A stretch of DNA of 63,537 nt, filler included, from Octopus bimaculoides (taxonomy: Eukaryota): NCBI RefSeq assembly GCF_001194135.2. It is 8 parts of 7 records of this genome, joined end to end, with 100 filler letters (N's around TTAATTAATTAA, not from the genome) between each part and the next. Parts side by side here need not be neighbours in the genome. Positions count along the whole stretch, not along the records: positions 23,659 to 40,838 come from NC_068984.1; positions 40,939 to 47,204 come from NW_026374175.1; positions 47,305 to 49,727 come from NC_068985.1; positions 49,828 to 52,188 come from NW_026370853.1; 4 more parts are not named here. One strand, 5' to 3'. The position numbers were made by a program, and so were the translations under genes. This document shows, in pieces, positions 37,483 through 50,924 of the stretch. Within the stretch, counting starts at the first letter, position 1. Every line of letters begins with the position of its first letter. A model generated the notes under the pieces. That model searched no databases. It was not told the origin of the DNA and worked only from the letters and a program-made list of their open reading frames with translations.

Positions 37483-39502
37483 GAGAGAAAGAAAGATAGA
37501 CTTAGAGCTAGTTCCCGTAAGTGTGTCTAATTCAAACGGATTTGTGAATTTCTTTTACAGGCTTCAGTTGCAAGTAAGCAAGAATTTGTATATAGATCCA
37601 ATTTCGAAACTGCTTTTAAATTGCCAATTGTTGGTGATTCTTTTACAGTTTAGATAATCCATCATTACTTTATAGACACCGCTCAGTTGCCAGAAAATAT
37701 TAGATACTCATTGTTTTAACATTTAAGTGAAATATATCCTATGTTGGTTAGTAGAGGAGTATGTGAAAATACACCTGGAATCTTGTTAAAAGCTTCAGTT
37801 GAGCAAAATTGAAGGTATTATGTATATGAATGTGTATGCATATTTTTTAGCATTTCGTTATAGTAGACAGAACTAAATAAAAATAATACCAATAGTTAAT
37901 ATCTCCACTGTAGAATACTTAACTACTTTTGCACCTTATATATTTGCAAGTGAATGTATGTATATGCGAGTGAATGTATGTATATGCGAGCGTGTGTATG
38001 TGTACGAAGTGTCGGCGCATACACATGTAATATCATGACACCCTGAAACCGATGATGCATATTTTCATTCGTCTTGCCGTGTAACTTATTCAGTAGCCGT
38101 GCTTTACGACTAATTTCCAGAAGTATAATAAATGATGTTATGATTAGTGCCTATGTGAAGTAGATAAACTGAAGTGGTGAAGTTGAAATATGTGTATATT
38201 AGTTTTACATGGTATAATAGAGATTCATTCGAATACACTCTATATAAATGCATATAGGTAGATGTTTCTATGATTACTTGCTCATTTAGCTAGCGTTGAG
38301 ATGGTAGTGTACCACTAAATCTATATTTTAGGTAGTATTTTGCGATGTATAAACCATGCTAATGAACGAAGCGGGAGCGTATATATATATACCCGAAAGA
38401 ATTTAACTTGCCGAGATAAGGACGCGAATCATTACAAGAATGTTGAATGTGAATGCACTATTAACATTAGAAAATGAGCTATATATTCATGGAAACAATC
38501 ATTTTGATACTTTTGTACCCATTAATAAATTTATTCGAAATGGATAGTACAAAATGTAGAGTTCAACTGTTCAAATTTATAGGTGATCTAAGATACTCTT
38601 TCTCATCGCACCCAAAATGTTGAAAGAGTGTAGGATATTGGCGATTCATTAGAATTCCATTTCAAATCTGTGACTATTGTTGTGAGATAGGCACTTTCCG
38701 AGATAGCAGAATGTTCAGGATTTTCTTAAGTACATATTCCCTGCTGATCTTTTATCTACCTCCATGTGGATCTGTATTAGCTGTGGACATTTTGGAACCT
38801 CTGATGTTGTAGTATCTGTTCGTACATATAGATAATTAATACTCAACTTTGGTACCATGCAGTGCAATCAGGTTCGGCGACTGATACAGCAAGCAAAATC
38901 AGGATCTAGGATCTTATATTCTCTAATATCAACTCGTATATATATTCTCCTCTTTGCTCTAGGGTATAGAGTATTCGGTTTCCTCATACCCTTTCAAGAG
39001 CTAAACTGCTGCATAGAGGCAAATTTTTGGCCGTAGTAGTATTGACGCACTTCAAATACTATAAGTAGTTTAACAGAATGTGGTGACCACATAGCTACAG
39101 ACCAAACACCTAAGCACAATAACTTCAGCAAAATTTGTCATGCATTCCAAACAGCGTGTGTCATCTGTATGATTGTCAGATAGGAAGATGAGAAACGACA
39201 GTGTCCATGACCCAGCATATTTTTGCAGAATACTTTCACTACTAAAATGTTTTACTTGTAAGACAGCAAAAATATAAATAAGTACAAGGGCAGGAAAACA
39301 GAGCTCCAGTTACAATGTTTACAATGAAAGTTACACTGATTAATGCCTTACAAACATTAAGTGCTCTTATTATAGCCTACCCAAACAGCTTGTGTATCAT
39401 ACCAAATTTTGGATAACGAGGGCAGGGCACGTACATGTATTTCTAAATACACAAGACACACACAGACATACGTATACCTTAAAAGTGTGTGGATATATAT
39501 AT

Positions 39503-39533
<31 letters not shown>

Positions 39534-39716
39534 CATATATATGTGTGTGTCTTTGTGTGTGTGCGTGCGAGCGCGTATGCATACATACATACAACACACG
39601 CACACACACANNNNNNNNNNNNNNNNNNNNNNNNNNNNNNNNNNNNNNNNNNNNNNNNNNNNNNNNNNNNNNNNNNNNNNNNNNNNNNNTATATATATAT
39701 ATATATATATACATAT

Positions 39717-39751
<35 letters not shown>

Positions 39752-40660
39752 CATATTCATATATACATATATACATATATATAAGTCGGTAGTTAGTGAG
39801 AGAAAGAATGAAAATACACTAAATACGATTTAAGATATTTACATTTCGCGGAAATATTTCTTTTTTTCTTTAAGATCCAAACCTCTTTTGCAATTTGTAA
39901 ACATTAGTCAATTACACTGAATCTACAATTACAGGTAGATCAGTACATTTAACAAAATTTCTTGTTCTGTGAATTTCATAGCATGTAAAATTACATGTCT
40001 TGCCTGAATCATTATCATGAAGGTGAAAAAAAACTAGGAAACGAAATTGCTTTCTGATAATTGTTTTTAGTTTGTTTATCTTCCTCATGTCAAACAGCAT
40101 ATATTGCATTAATAGTTATAATTTCAAATGTTGTTCTGTAGCTGTTAGTAGTAATATACTCACGAATTTTCGTTTACTACAATCAATGCTATTACTGCTC
40201 AATTTGACTACATGGTTTAAACTGCGCTTAATTTTGTCTTCTAATGCAATACACACATAATGGAAGAAAATTAGAAAAAATAGGTGATAGTTAAAAGGTG
40301 AAATTATATTATAAAAGACACAATGAAATATAATTAAAGATCACAAACCAAACTAAAAAATATATGTACATTAAAAACGTTGCTTTTTACTATTTCCTAT
40401 TGTCTTCGTTCTCCATACATGCACAAATATTCTAATTGAAACTAAATATTCCATGATACTCTAAAGGTAACTCAGTAACAATAACAGCTATTGTGAATTC
40501 ACTCAAATTGCACAACGTATAATGTTGGTTAAAGATTTCAGTACATTTTATCTTCGCATAGCATACTTCACAGTAATTTTTTTCCCCTGCCGCTCTGTTC
40601 CTATATGAATATATATAAGGTAGAAAATATTTTATTAGGGAACACATATGGTTGGATATA

Positions 40661-40802
40661 CAGAGAAAGAGAAAAGATGAGAAAACGCAGATTTGTTTTA
40701 CAGAATTAAGGAGTATATTAGAGTCGTAATAATAAAAATTCTAATATACTCCTTAATCCTGTAAAAAAGATCTTCTGTATGTTTTCACCTTTTCTATTTC
40801 TG
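40661..40802. repeat. Short foldback hairpin (MITE-like)
   Basis: Core stem 40697-40722 with 40740-40765 (25/26 paired), 17-nt loop, looser outer arms, TA-rich flanks. Confidence 0.85.
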
Positions 40803-40803
40803 A

Positions 40804-40838
<35 letters not shown>

Positions 40839-40938
40839 NNNNNNNNNNNNNNNNNNNNNNNNNNNNNNNNNNNNNNNNNNNNTTAATTAATTAANNNNNN
40901 NNNNNNNNNNNNNNNNNNNNNNNNNNNNNNNNNNNNNN

Positions 40939-41205
40939 ATACACATTCTTTCGCCATAGCCACAAGTACGATGAAAATAGCTCTTCCTTCCCGTTTAAAG
41001 GAAGGAGGCGCGACAATATTCACGATAGACTCGGCTGATAGACCGACTCGTCCCACACGCGATAGCAGTTGTTCGACGTAAGCCCACAGCTCGGAAATGG
41101 TGGGACACTGTACGAGTGCGTGCAGAACGGTTTCGTCGCTCTGCCGGCATCTCGGACAGGTCGGCCCCGTGTTTCTCGAGCCATGCCTGTAGAGCTTATC
41201 CCGAA
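40939..41205 (-). mobile_element. Tx1/L1-clade LINE ORF2 C-terminal zinc-knuckle fragment (open frame)
   Basis: RDKLYRHG..TCPRCRQSDETVLHALVQCPTISELWAYVEQLL..EGRAIFIVLVAMAKECV; same family as 47901-48690. Confidence 0.85.
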
Positions 41206-41214
41206 TAGATAGAC

Positions 41215-41272
<58 letters not shown>

Positions 41273-41504
41273 ATAGATAGATGTGTTTGTATATATTGTA
41301 TGTGTGTATGTATATTTATGTCTTTCGTAGACAATTCAATTTGATTAGCTCCCTACGAGTCTGTTCTTACGTACATATGTACGTATATATATATATATAT
41401 ATATACATATATACACATACGCACATACGAAGAAATGCGTATGCAGACATATATTTTCAATATCACATTTATATATACGTATCTCTATATACAAATACAT
41501 ATGC

Positions 41505-41538
<34 letters not shown>

Positions 41539-43187
41539 ATACATATATATGTATATATATATATATANNNNNNNNNNNNNNNNNNNNNNNNNNNNNNNNN
41601 NNNNNNNNNNNNNNNNNNNNNNNNNNNNNNNNNNNNNNNNNNNNNNNNNNNNNNNNNNNNNNNNNNNNNNNNNNNNNNNNNNNNNNNNNNNNNNNNNNNN
41701 NNNNNNNNNNNNNNNNNNNNNNNNNNNNNNNNNNNNNNNNNNNNNNNNNNNNNNNNNNNNNNNNNNNNNNNNNNNNNNNNNNNNNNNNNNNNNNNNNNNN
41801 NNNNNNNNNNNNNNNNNNNNNNNNNNNNNNNNNNNNNNNNNNNNNNNNNNNNNNNNNNNNNNNNNNNNNNNNNNNNNNNNNNNNNNNNNNNNNNNNNNNN
41901 NNNNNNNNNNNNNNNNNNNNNNNNNNNNNNNNNNNNNNNNNNNNNNNNNNNNNNNNNNNNNNNNNNNNNNNNNNNNNNNNNNNNNNNNNNNNNNNNNNNN
42001 NNNNNNNNNNNNNNNNNNNNNNNNNNNNNNNNNNNNNNNNNNNNNNNNNNNNNNNNNATATATACATACATACATATATATATATATATGCATATGTACA
42101 TATACATATAAATAGATATGTGTATACACATGATACATATATTCATACCTATAGAGATGGAAAGAGAGAGAGAGAGAGAGAGAGAGAGGAAAGGAGAGAA
42201 AGAGGGAGAGAGGGGAGGAGAGAAAGAGAGGGTGATGGAGGGTGAGAAAGAGAGAGTGAATGAATGAGATGGAAAGTGATTGAAAAAGATGTAGATATAT
42301 ATGTATGTATACTCTCATGTAATGTATACCAATATGTGTACGCGCGTATGTGTATGTGTGTAGGTGTGTGTGAAGTTTTAAAAATGGGCGATGCTATTAA
42401 AACTGGCAGATCATCGTAAAACCAAGAAGAAAATAAGATCGAAATGAAACAAAATGTATAAAATGAAAGGAAAAAAAATCTGGTATATTTTCAAATAAAC
42501 ATCGAAAATAGTGTGATGAAAGCTATCTGTTTTGTGTAAGTCTATATGGGGAGATGTTTTAAGGAGAATCACCATCGTTGCAAATCTTATTCTCTTACTT
42601 AAATTACATCTAGCGTTTTGCCGCCATTAAACGACTTTTATGGATGAGGTGTCGTCTGCTTATTGTCAACTCGGATATCAAACAAATGGAAGAGCGTTTT
42701 AATATGATTTTGATGGTGAGTTTGAGGAGATGCTAATGGTGTGATGAAGATATGTGCATAGTCTTTTGGATAAAACTGTGTGGTGCGTAGGTGTACGTGC
42801 ATGTATATGCATCTACCTGTGTATATATATATGTGTGTATATGTTCGTGGATATGCATGTATCTGCATACATGTATGAGGATATGTGCTCATGGATATGC
42901 ATGCATCTATGTATATGTATACGTATGCATTTAATTTTGTTGGAAGACACACACACCTACACAGACACACACACATATATATATATGTATACACAAAAGC
43001 ACACACATATATACATGCATGTCTATGGATGTAGGTGTGTATGCGTGTGCATGGATGCATTTGTGTGTGTATATATACGTTACATTACATCATTAATGTG
43101 ATATCAATACACGTATATGTATATAAGTATATATTTCATATTACATTATTAATATACGAACATACACACGCATATATATGTATGTGC

Positions 43188-43241
<54 letters not shown>

Positions 43242-43465
43242 CACTATTAATGATACATGTACACACCTACATATATATATATCAATGTGTGTAACTTAAT
43301 GCGTATGTATCGCAGAGAATCTTAATTATGGAAACAGCTTATATCATCGTAATCTTCATTATCATCATCATCCTCGTCAACCTCGTCATCATCATCATCA
43401 TCATCATCATCATCGACTTTATATTCACAACCACCACCACCACCACCACCACCACCATATCCACT

Positions 43466-43498
<33 letters not shown>

Positions 43499-44037
43499 TC
43501 CCTTTGCGTTTTATCCCATCTCCTCCCCATCCTCCTCCTTTTCCACCTCCTCCTTCCCCCCTTCTCGTCATCATCATCATCATCATCACCATTATCCTCA
43601 TCTTCATGGTCCTCGCTTTCCCTACGTTTTTCCATGTGTGAATGGATTGGACGAGTCTTTTCCATCATTTCGTCCCATCACGTCTCCTCTCACTTCGGCA
43701 TCCTCATCTTTCTCGCGATTCGCCATCCTACGACCATTTGTCGCCATTTCTTCCCCCTATTCCCCCACCTCCCCTCGTTTCCTTCCATACGAATCACATG
43801 ACACATTTATACCAAAATGGCGCCCTCCGTAAGCGTAGCATCTAAAACTTTAAGCAAATTCTCTTTTACAAATTCCTTTTCTCCGTCGACCACGTGCACT
43901 AACATTCACATCTACGGCGCATGCTCATCTCACTTGCTTCCAGCATCCGAATAACTTCCTCATTTGACACTAATGTTGTACAACCATGCAGTGTTACACA
44001 TCGTAGACATGCATCATACAATCTATTTTTCACGGAC

Positions 44038-44095
<58 letters not shown>

Positions 44096-44379
44096 CGAGA
44101 GAGCGAAAGAGTTTTGTTTTGTTACCTGCATAGCTAATAAATCTCTGGTATGCATGGGCGACTGCTGGTCACCCATGCATACCAGCCAACCCATGAAAAC
44201 AACCCTAGGTTGTGCGTTCGGCAGTGAGGAGACTATCCGCCCAGACCTCTACCCCGGAGGGGAACCTCTTAGTTGCACCCATGGCCACTCATGACCGACT
44301 GAGTCGAGTTCGAGACATACGCTATCACAGACACAAACACACACACAGAAAGAAATAATGTGTGCGTGTGTTTCCTGAG

Positions 44380-44683
44380 TATGAGTGGAAGTGCGTGGCT
44401 TAGTGACTAAGGTGTTCGACTCATAATTTTTGAGATTGTGATTTCGATGCCTGTATCATGCGATGTGTTGTGTCCTTGAGCAAAACTCTTCATTTCACGT
44501 TGCTCCAGTCCACTCAGCTGACAAAACGGAGTTAATCCTGTGACAGACCGGCGTCTCGTCTAACGCAGAATATATTCAGTCATTCTACAAGTAAAGCGGG
44601 ACTGAGTGGACTGGAGCAACGTGAAATGAAGAGTTTTGCTCAAGGACACGACACATCGCATGATACAGGCATCGAAATCACAA
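44380..44683. mobile_element. SINE (third family, plus strand) followed by an inverted 82-bp copy of itself
   Basis: 44436-44517 versus the reverse complement of 44602-44683: 81/82 identical. Confidence 0.92.
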
Positions 44684-44689
44684 ACTCTG

Positions 44690-45290
44690 AGATCTTTCGA
44701 AGTAGGCTCCTCTGATATTAACGCACTTGTAGCGTTTCAGCTACTTCTTGAAGGTTTCCTGGAAGTACTCCAAAGTAAAGTCGTCCCGGGTCCTTGTTAC
44801 AGCTTTCTCCATCTTCCCTATCTGCTTGGGGAACCACCAAAAGTCACAGGCAACAAGGCCTGAACTATAAAGACGCTGACGGACCGTCAGCATAGAATTA
44901 TGGAATGCTGTATTGTTCTGGTGCGAGAGTCACCAACCCAGGTGGAAGAGCGTGTTCTGGCTTAATGTGATAAAACCCCTTCCTGGACTTCCTGAAACCT
45001 TTACATATTACTTTTTGGGTGTCCAGTAGATGGAGGTGATGCCCATGCAGTTAAAAAAAGGTTATCATCATGTGGACAGAATTTGACAGTGAAAAACAGA
45101 TATTCGCCTCATAAGTGGTCCTGGAACATTTCCTAAGATTTATTTGTGCTTATGCCCAGCTTAGCAGGAAATTTTATTGCATAGCGAGCTTTCATATTGT
45201 CTTCGGGTCTTCACTGCATTCTTCAAACCATTCAGCTGCCAAAAACAGTGTTTAGACAGTTACATTCAAGTGCTATTACGGCTGTTTGGA
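44690..45290 (-). mobile_element. Decayed, internally deleted mariner remnant
   Basis: MKARYAIKFPAKLG (N-terminus); ACDFWWFPK and YFQETFKK*LKRYKCVNIRGAYFE (C-terminus). Confidence 0.7.
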
Positions 45291-45644
45291 ATACAAACGT
45301 CTTGTAACATAATTTGTTACGTACAATAAATAAGATGTCCAGAAAGCAGTAAAAACAATGTAACGAACTAACAAATCTCTTTACGAACCAACAGTGAATG
45401 TTCCTTGTGAACTAACCAACCGACACCTTCGGACTTTACTGCGAGCTAACACGAACTTCACGCGACTCCGAACTCAGAACTCACTCTGATCGTTACAATT
45501 TATACTTTACTCGGACCAGTCTATCTTTCGCAAGAGAACATCATGATTCTCATCACAACAGAACGGTTGGCAGGTCAGCTTATTAGATGAATAGTAATGA
45601 TGTACGAAAATTACAATAACATAAGACATTATTTATCCGATACA

Positions 45645-45790
45645 GTTCAAATTCCACTGAGGTCGACATTGCCTTTCATCCAATCGAGATCGATAAATTA
45701 AGTACCAGTAAAACACTGCGGTCACTGTAATCGACTAGTCCCGTCCCCTAAAAAATTTCAGTTCTTGTGACTATAGTAGAAAGGATTAAT
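45645..45790 (+). mobile_element. tRNA-type SINE fragment
   Basis: agttcaaattccactgaggtcgacattgcctttcatcc..gataaattaagtaccag. Confidence 0.85.
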
Positions 45791-45819
45791 AATACGGTTC
45801 AGGATGACGCCCTTTTGGC

Positions 45820-45950
45820 AGTCGAGTGGCCTGGTGCAACGTGAAATGAAGTGTTTTGCTCAGGAAGACAACGCATCGTCCGGTCCAAGAATTGAAGCAA
45901 CAACCGTACTATCATGAAAACAACGCACTAACCCCTAAACCACAGGTTTC
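45820..45950 (-). mobile_element. SINE fragment, third family
   Basis: gagtgg.ctgg.gcaacgtgaaatgaag.gttttgctca matches 44602-44650. Confidence 0.8.
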
Positions 45951-46221
45951 CACATGTATGAAAAGGGCTGCAATTACATCTATAAATATTTCGCAATAAT
46001 ATCAAAAATATTGTGTTTGTGCAATGCAATTAACCGGAGGTCTCAATACAAATGAAAGAATCCAATATGCAATTTAATAACCAATGTTACGGATATGCAT
46101 GTATTAGAGACAGTTTCTTGGGAGTAAAAGCAAGCGGGATATAATTATACATACATATATACACATAATATAGACATACATACAAACATACGTACATACA
46201 CATAATATATACAACGATTAG

Positions 46222-46254
<33 letters not shown>

Positions 46255-46257
46255 GTG

Positions 46258-46312
<55 letters not shown>

Positions 46313-46376
46313 GTGTCTATCTATCTATCTTTCTATCTATCTATCTATCTGTGTCTATCTATCTATCTATCTATGT

Positions 46377-46407
<31 letters not shown>

Positions 46408-46445
46408 ACTATCTATCTATCTATCTATGTTTATCTATCTATCTA

Positions 46446-46476
<31 letters not shown>

Positions 46477-46623
46477 NNNNNNNNNNNNNNNNNNNNNNNN
46501 NNNNNNNNNNNNNNNNNNNNNNNNNNNNNNNNNNNNNNNNNNNNTGTGTGTGTTTGTGTGTGTGTGTGTGTGTATGTGTGTGTGTGTGTGTATGTCTGCA
46601 TGTATATACATGCATATATATAC

Positions 46624-46666
<43 letters not shown>

Positions 46667-46798
46667 AATATACATATGAATATATAAAGTATACAGCTAT
46701 CTATCTACACACACACACATATATAAATGTTACACGCACATACAAATACCCATATGCATACATACATATACATGTGCGTAAATATAAGTATATATACG

Positions 46799-46869
<71 letters not shown>

Positions 46870-47148
46870 TGATGATTTAAGAGGAGTCACTTGGAAATAT
46901 ATTCTCTTATTGAAATACATATGCAGACATGTGTACGCCGTGGGAGTTGCATGTGTATGCGGTTGCAATCGAAACGAGTTGTTGCATGTGCAATACATAT
47001 GTGTGTGTGTGTGTGTCTCTGTGTGTGTGTATGCACCGATGTGCGTGTATGTGTGAGTTATATTGTTTAATGTGTGGCTTTTGTTTCACTTTCATCTGTC
47101 TGTTCCTATTATTGATGCTTATATATCATCGAAAATATCTAATTACTG

Positions 47149-47204
<56 letters not shown>

Positions 47205-47304
47205 NNNNNNNNNNNNNNNNNNNNNNNNNNNNNNNNNNNNNNNNNNNNTTAATTAATTAANNNNNNNNNNNNNNNNNNNNNNNNNNNNNNNNNNNNNNNN
47301 NNNN

Positions 47305-47405
47305 ATCGACTCCGAAAGCAGGAAAGGCAAAGTCTACCTCGGCAGAGTTTGAACTCAGAACGTAGCGATGAGCGAAATACCTCTATGCATTTCGCCCGGT
47401 GTGCT
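47305..47405 (-). mobile_element. tRNA-type SINE fragment
   Basis: aaaggcaaagtc.acctcggc..tttgaactcagaacgtag..gcatttcgcccgg. Confidence 0.85.
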
Positions 47406-47686
47406 AACTTGTAAAATTTGTAAAATTTGTTTCTCCTTTCAAATCTCCGTATTCTTTCAGCTTTTGCTTGGACTTTTTACTGCAGTGTTTCTTTTGTTGA
47501 AAGCAGTTCTTTTCTTGTTGAGAGTCTATGTTTATTATTATTATTATTTTATGTTTGACTTTTGTTTTGCCTTTGTACAAGTTGGATCCAAGTCTCACCC
47601 AGAGACCTCAAGAGACAACAAGTTAGAAGTTCCAGCTCGTCGCCTTAATAACAACAACAACAATAATAATGATAATAATAATAATG

Positions 47687-47749
<63 letters not shown>

Positions 47750-47856
47750 GTAATAATAATAATAATGATAATAATAATGATTTCTTTATTAACCACAAGG
47801 GTTTGCATTAAGAAAACATTATGGGCAATACTGGACAAAACAAAGAATGTGTGTGT

Positions 47857-47900
<44 letters not shown>

Positions 47901-47902
<2 letters not shown>

Positions 47903-48690
47903 CTGTGTTGTTTTGAGGGTTTTGCATGTAAACATGACTAGCATAATGAAAATAATCAACAATGTGTAATCCTCGATAGGGATGCTCATGGAAAACCCCA
48001 TAAAAACCTTGGGTACCTTGACTTTTGGGGCAGGTGCCTCTTTTCCGTTCCTTTCTTCCAACTACGAGCGAATGCTCAAAGCAGGCGTATGTTCAGAACA
48101 GGCCCGTTCACTCGCACCATTCGCATCACTTTCATCCACTTTTCAGCAAACTGGCTAGAAGGCAACACTTCCATCTCTACCCTTATTTTCCTTTTCAAGT
48201 GAAATTTGAAGAAGTTGATCAGGAATTGACCTAAGAGAAAAGTGTTTGTCTTTAGCCTCTTCAGTCTCACCCACCATACAACCTGTTTCACTATAGCCAC
48301 TAGGCATAAAAAATATAGCCTTTCCTTCCAAGTCAAAGGAAAGCTGCGAGACGATCTTCATGATGCATTCAGTTAACAGACGGATCCGAGCTACAGGCGA
48401 CAGCAGGTGCTCGATATAAACCCACAGATTAACAATGCTCGAACACTGGACGAGTGCATGCAGGACATTCTCGTCGTCCTGTGCACATCTCGGACATGCC
48501 CGACTGACGGAATTCCATGCCTGTAAAGTATATCTCGAACAGGCACTGCCAGGCCAGAGATATTTGGAAATTATCCATTAGTCCTGGGCCGAATGTTCTC
48601 CAGAAAAGAGCGTCTAGCCGATCTTCTTCGACGCCCAATGTCTCCCCAAGAGCGTCATTTTACCTCAGTATTATTCTTTGGATCAGTCCC
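47901..48690 (-). mobile_element. Tx1/L1-clade LINE 3' end (zinc knuckle, ORF2 stop at 48076, 3' UTR)
   Basis: CPRCAQDDENVLHALVQCSSIVNLW; LCLVAIVKQVVWWVRLK..FKFHLKRKIRVE..FAEKWMKV; the 3' end runs into (CA)n. Confidence 0.85.
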
Positions 48691-48887
48691 TCTAACACCT
48701 ATCTGTTAGTGCACAGCTACTGCGGCACAATATAACATGACATTTATTGTCCAAAAGTTGGGAGTTTGGATTTGAGCTACTTGTTCTCTCGCAATTTCGT
48801 CAATTACGGATAAAGTTAGGTCGGTGTTTTTTCTTTTATTCTCAACATGTGTTGGTGTTGTTCTCATGCAATGCCTTATGTATCGAT

Positions 48888-48966
<79 letters not shown>

Positions 48967-49574
48967 CGCGTATGCGTGTGTCTATATTTAGATGTAAATA
49001 TTTCCATATGCATGTATACATGAATAACGACGAATTAATCTCTTCAATATGTTAAGAATCTTAATGACTATTAAAAAACTATTACTGAGTACCAGTATAA
49101 ATGAAATTAGGTTTTACGAGGGAACTGACAGGCAAATGGATATCCTGCTAGGTCATCTGAAGTATAACAGTTACAAACAATAGAGAAAACAGATACTTCT
49201 AGTTTCTATCCTAAGATTTAAAAAAAAATAGAAGCAGAGACAAAACTTAAATTATAACAAAAAGAAAGAACGTTAGTTTTGATTTATACGTCTGATTTTT
49301 AGTTTTGCTTCCATTAACGAAATTTGGCCGATTTGTTGAGTGATTTGTAATTTTATTTTTACTGCCATTATATATTTTTTGTAGCTATAACTTGTGTTAC
49401 CTTGAATCAAAAAGCTATTCAGTAAAGAGGGTATGTTAATTATACAATTATACAAAGGCATATAAAGAGATAATAAACTAAACATGATACAGCAGTGCTA
49501 TTAAAGCAATTTACCTGATGACATTCCGGTACACAGTTGTTGCTTGATCATATTTACTTACGTAATTATTCATA

Positions 49575-49727
49575 ACATAATTTATCTGACGAAATGCTTA
49601 GCGGTATTTCGTCTGTGTTTACGTTCTGTATTTAAATTCCGCAGATCTCGACTTTGCCTTTCACGCTTTCGGGGTCGATAAAATAAGTACCAGTTGTGTA
49701 CTGGGGTCGATGTAATCGACTGGAGCC
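49575..49727 (+). mobile_element. tRNA-type SINE fragment
   Basis: gcttagcggtatttcgtc..cgactttgcctttca..ggggtcgataaaataagtaccagttg. Confidence 0.85.
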
Positions 49728-50049
49728 NNNNNNNNNNNNNNNNNNNNNNNNNNNNNNNNNNNNNNNNNNNNTTAATTAATTAANNNNNNNNNNNNNNNNN
49801 NNNNNNNNNNNNNNNNNNNNNNNNNNNGTGGTAGTGGTGGTGGTTGTAATAGTGTTTGTTGTGTGAGTGGTAGTAGCGGATGTAGTAGAATCTGAAGAAA
49901 GAGTGGTTGAGGTAGAAGCGCTGAGTGTGATGGTTGTGGTGATAGTGAGAGTAAATTTTTATAACAGCCGTAGTAGAAGTAATAACACTTGTGCAAGGTG
50001 TTTTGTGGTGGTGGTGGTGGTAGTTGGAGGAGGAGATATGGTTTGCATT

Positions 50050-50097
<48 letters not shown>

Positions 50098-50924
50098 GAC
50101 AGACAGACAGATAGACAGACAGACAGAGAAAGAGACAGACAGGCAGACAGAAGAGTAGTAGTGAGAGTATACTAATTCATGTTCGAAGCATGAGTGTCGG
50201 TGGCAACAACATCAGCAACAGCAATGGCAGCCTGTAACAGCAGTAATAACAGTAACGCAATCAGAAGTGACTGCAGCAGCAGCAGTAGTAGTATTAGTAG
50301 TAGTTGTTGTAGAAAGAGGGGAGAGAAAGAGAGGCGCTGGTGGTGGAAGGTGCCTAGTTAAGTTACTATAGCTTTTAGTCACACACAAATACTCATGTAC
50401 ATACGTGCACGGAAATACACTGACATATAAAACACACACATATAATGTCCCTATGCATACATACATACATANNNNNNNNNNNNNNNNNNNNNNNNNNNNN
50501 NNNNNNNNNNNNNNNNNNNNNNNNNNNNNNNNNNNNNNNNNNNNNNNNNNNNNNNNNNNNNNNNNNNNNNNNNNNNNNNNNNNNNNNNNNNNNNNNNNNN
50601 NNNNNNNNNNNNNNNNNNNNNNNNNNNNNNNNNNNNNNNNNNNNNNNNNNNNNNNNNNNNNNNNNNNNNNNNNNNNNNNNNNNNNNNNNNNNNNNNNNNN
50701 NNNNNNNNNNNNNNNNNNNNNNNNNNNNNNNNNNNNNNNNNNNNNNNNNNNNNNNTGTGTGTGTGTGTGTGTGTGTGTTTGTTGGTGCATAATTATTGCG
50801 GCTTTTTTTCAACAAATTTTCTTCCACAAAAACAATAACAACATGTAACAAAAACATCTTTAAATTATAATTATTATTCCGAAGCATATTCACCATCTAC
50901 ATCAATTTGCTTGAGAGACATTTG

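Noticed and set aside
43805-43830. YY1-like caaaatggcg motif as a promoter
   Set aside because: A single short motif with no supporting gene structure.
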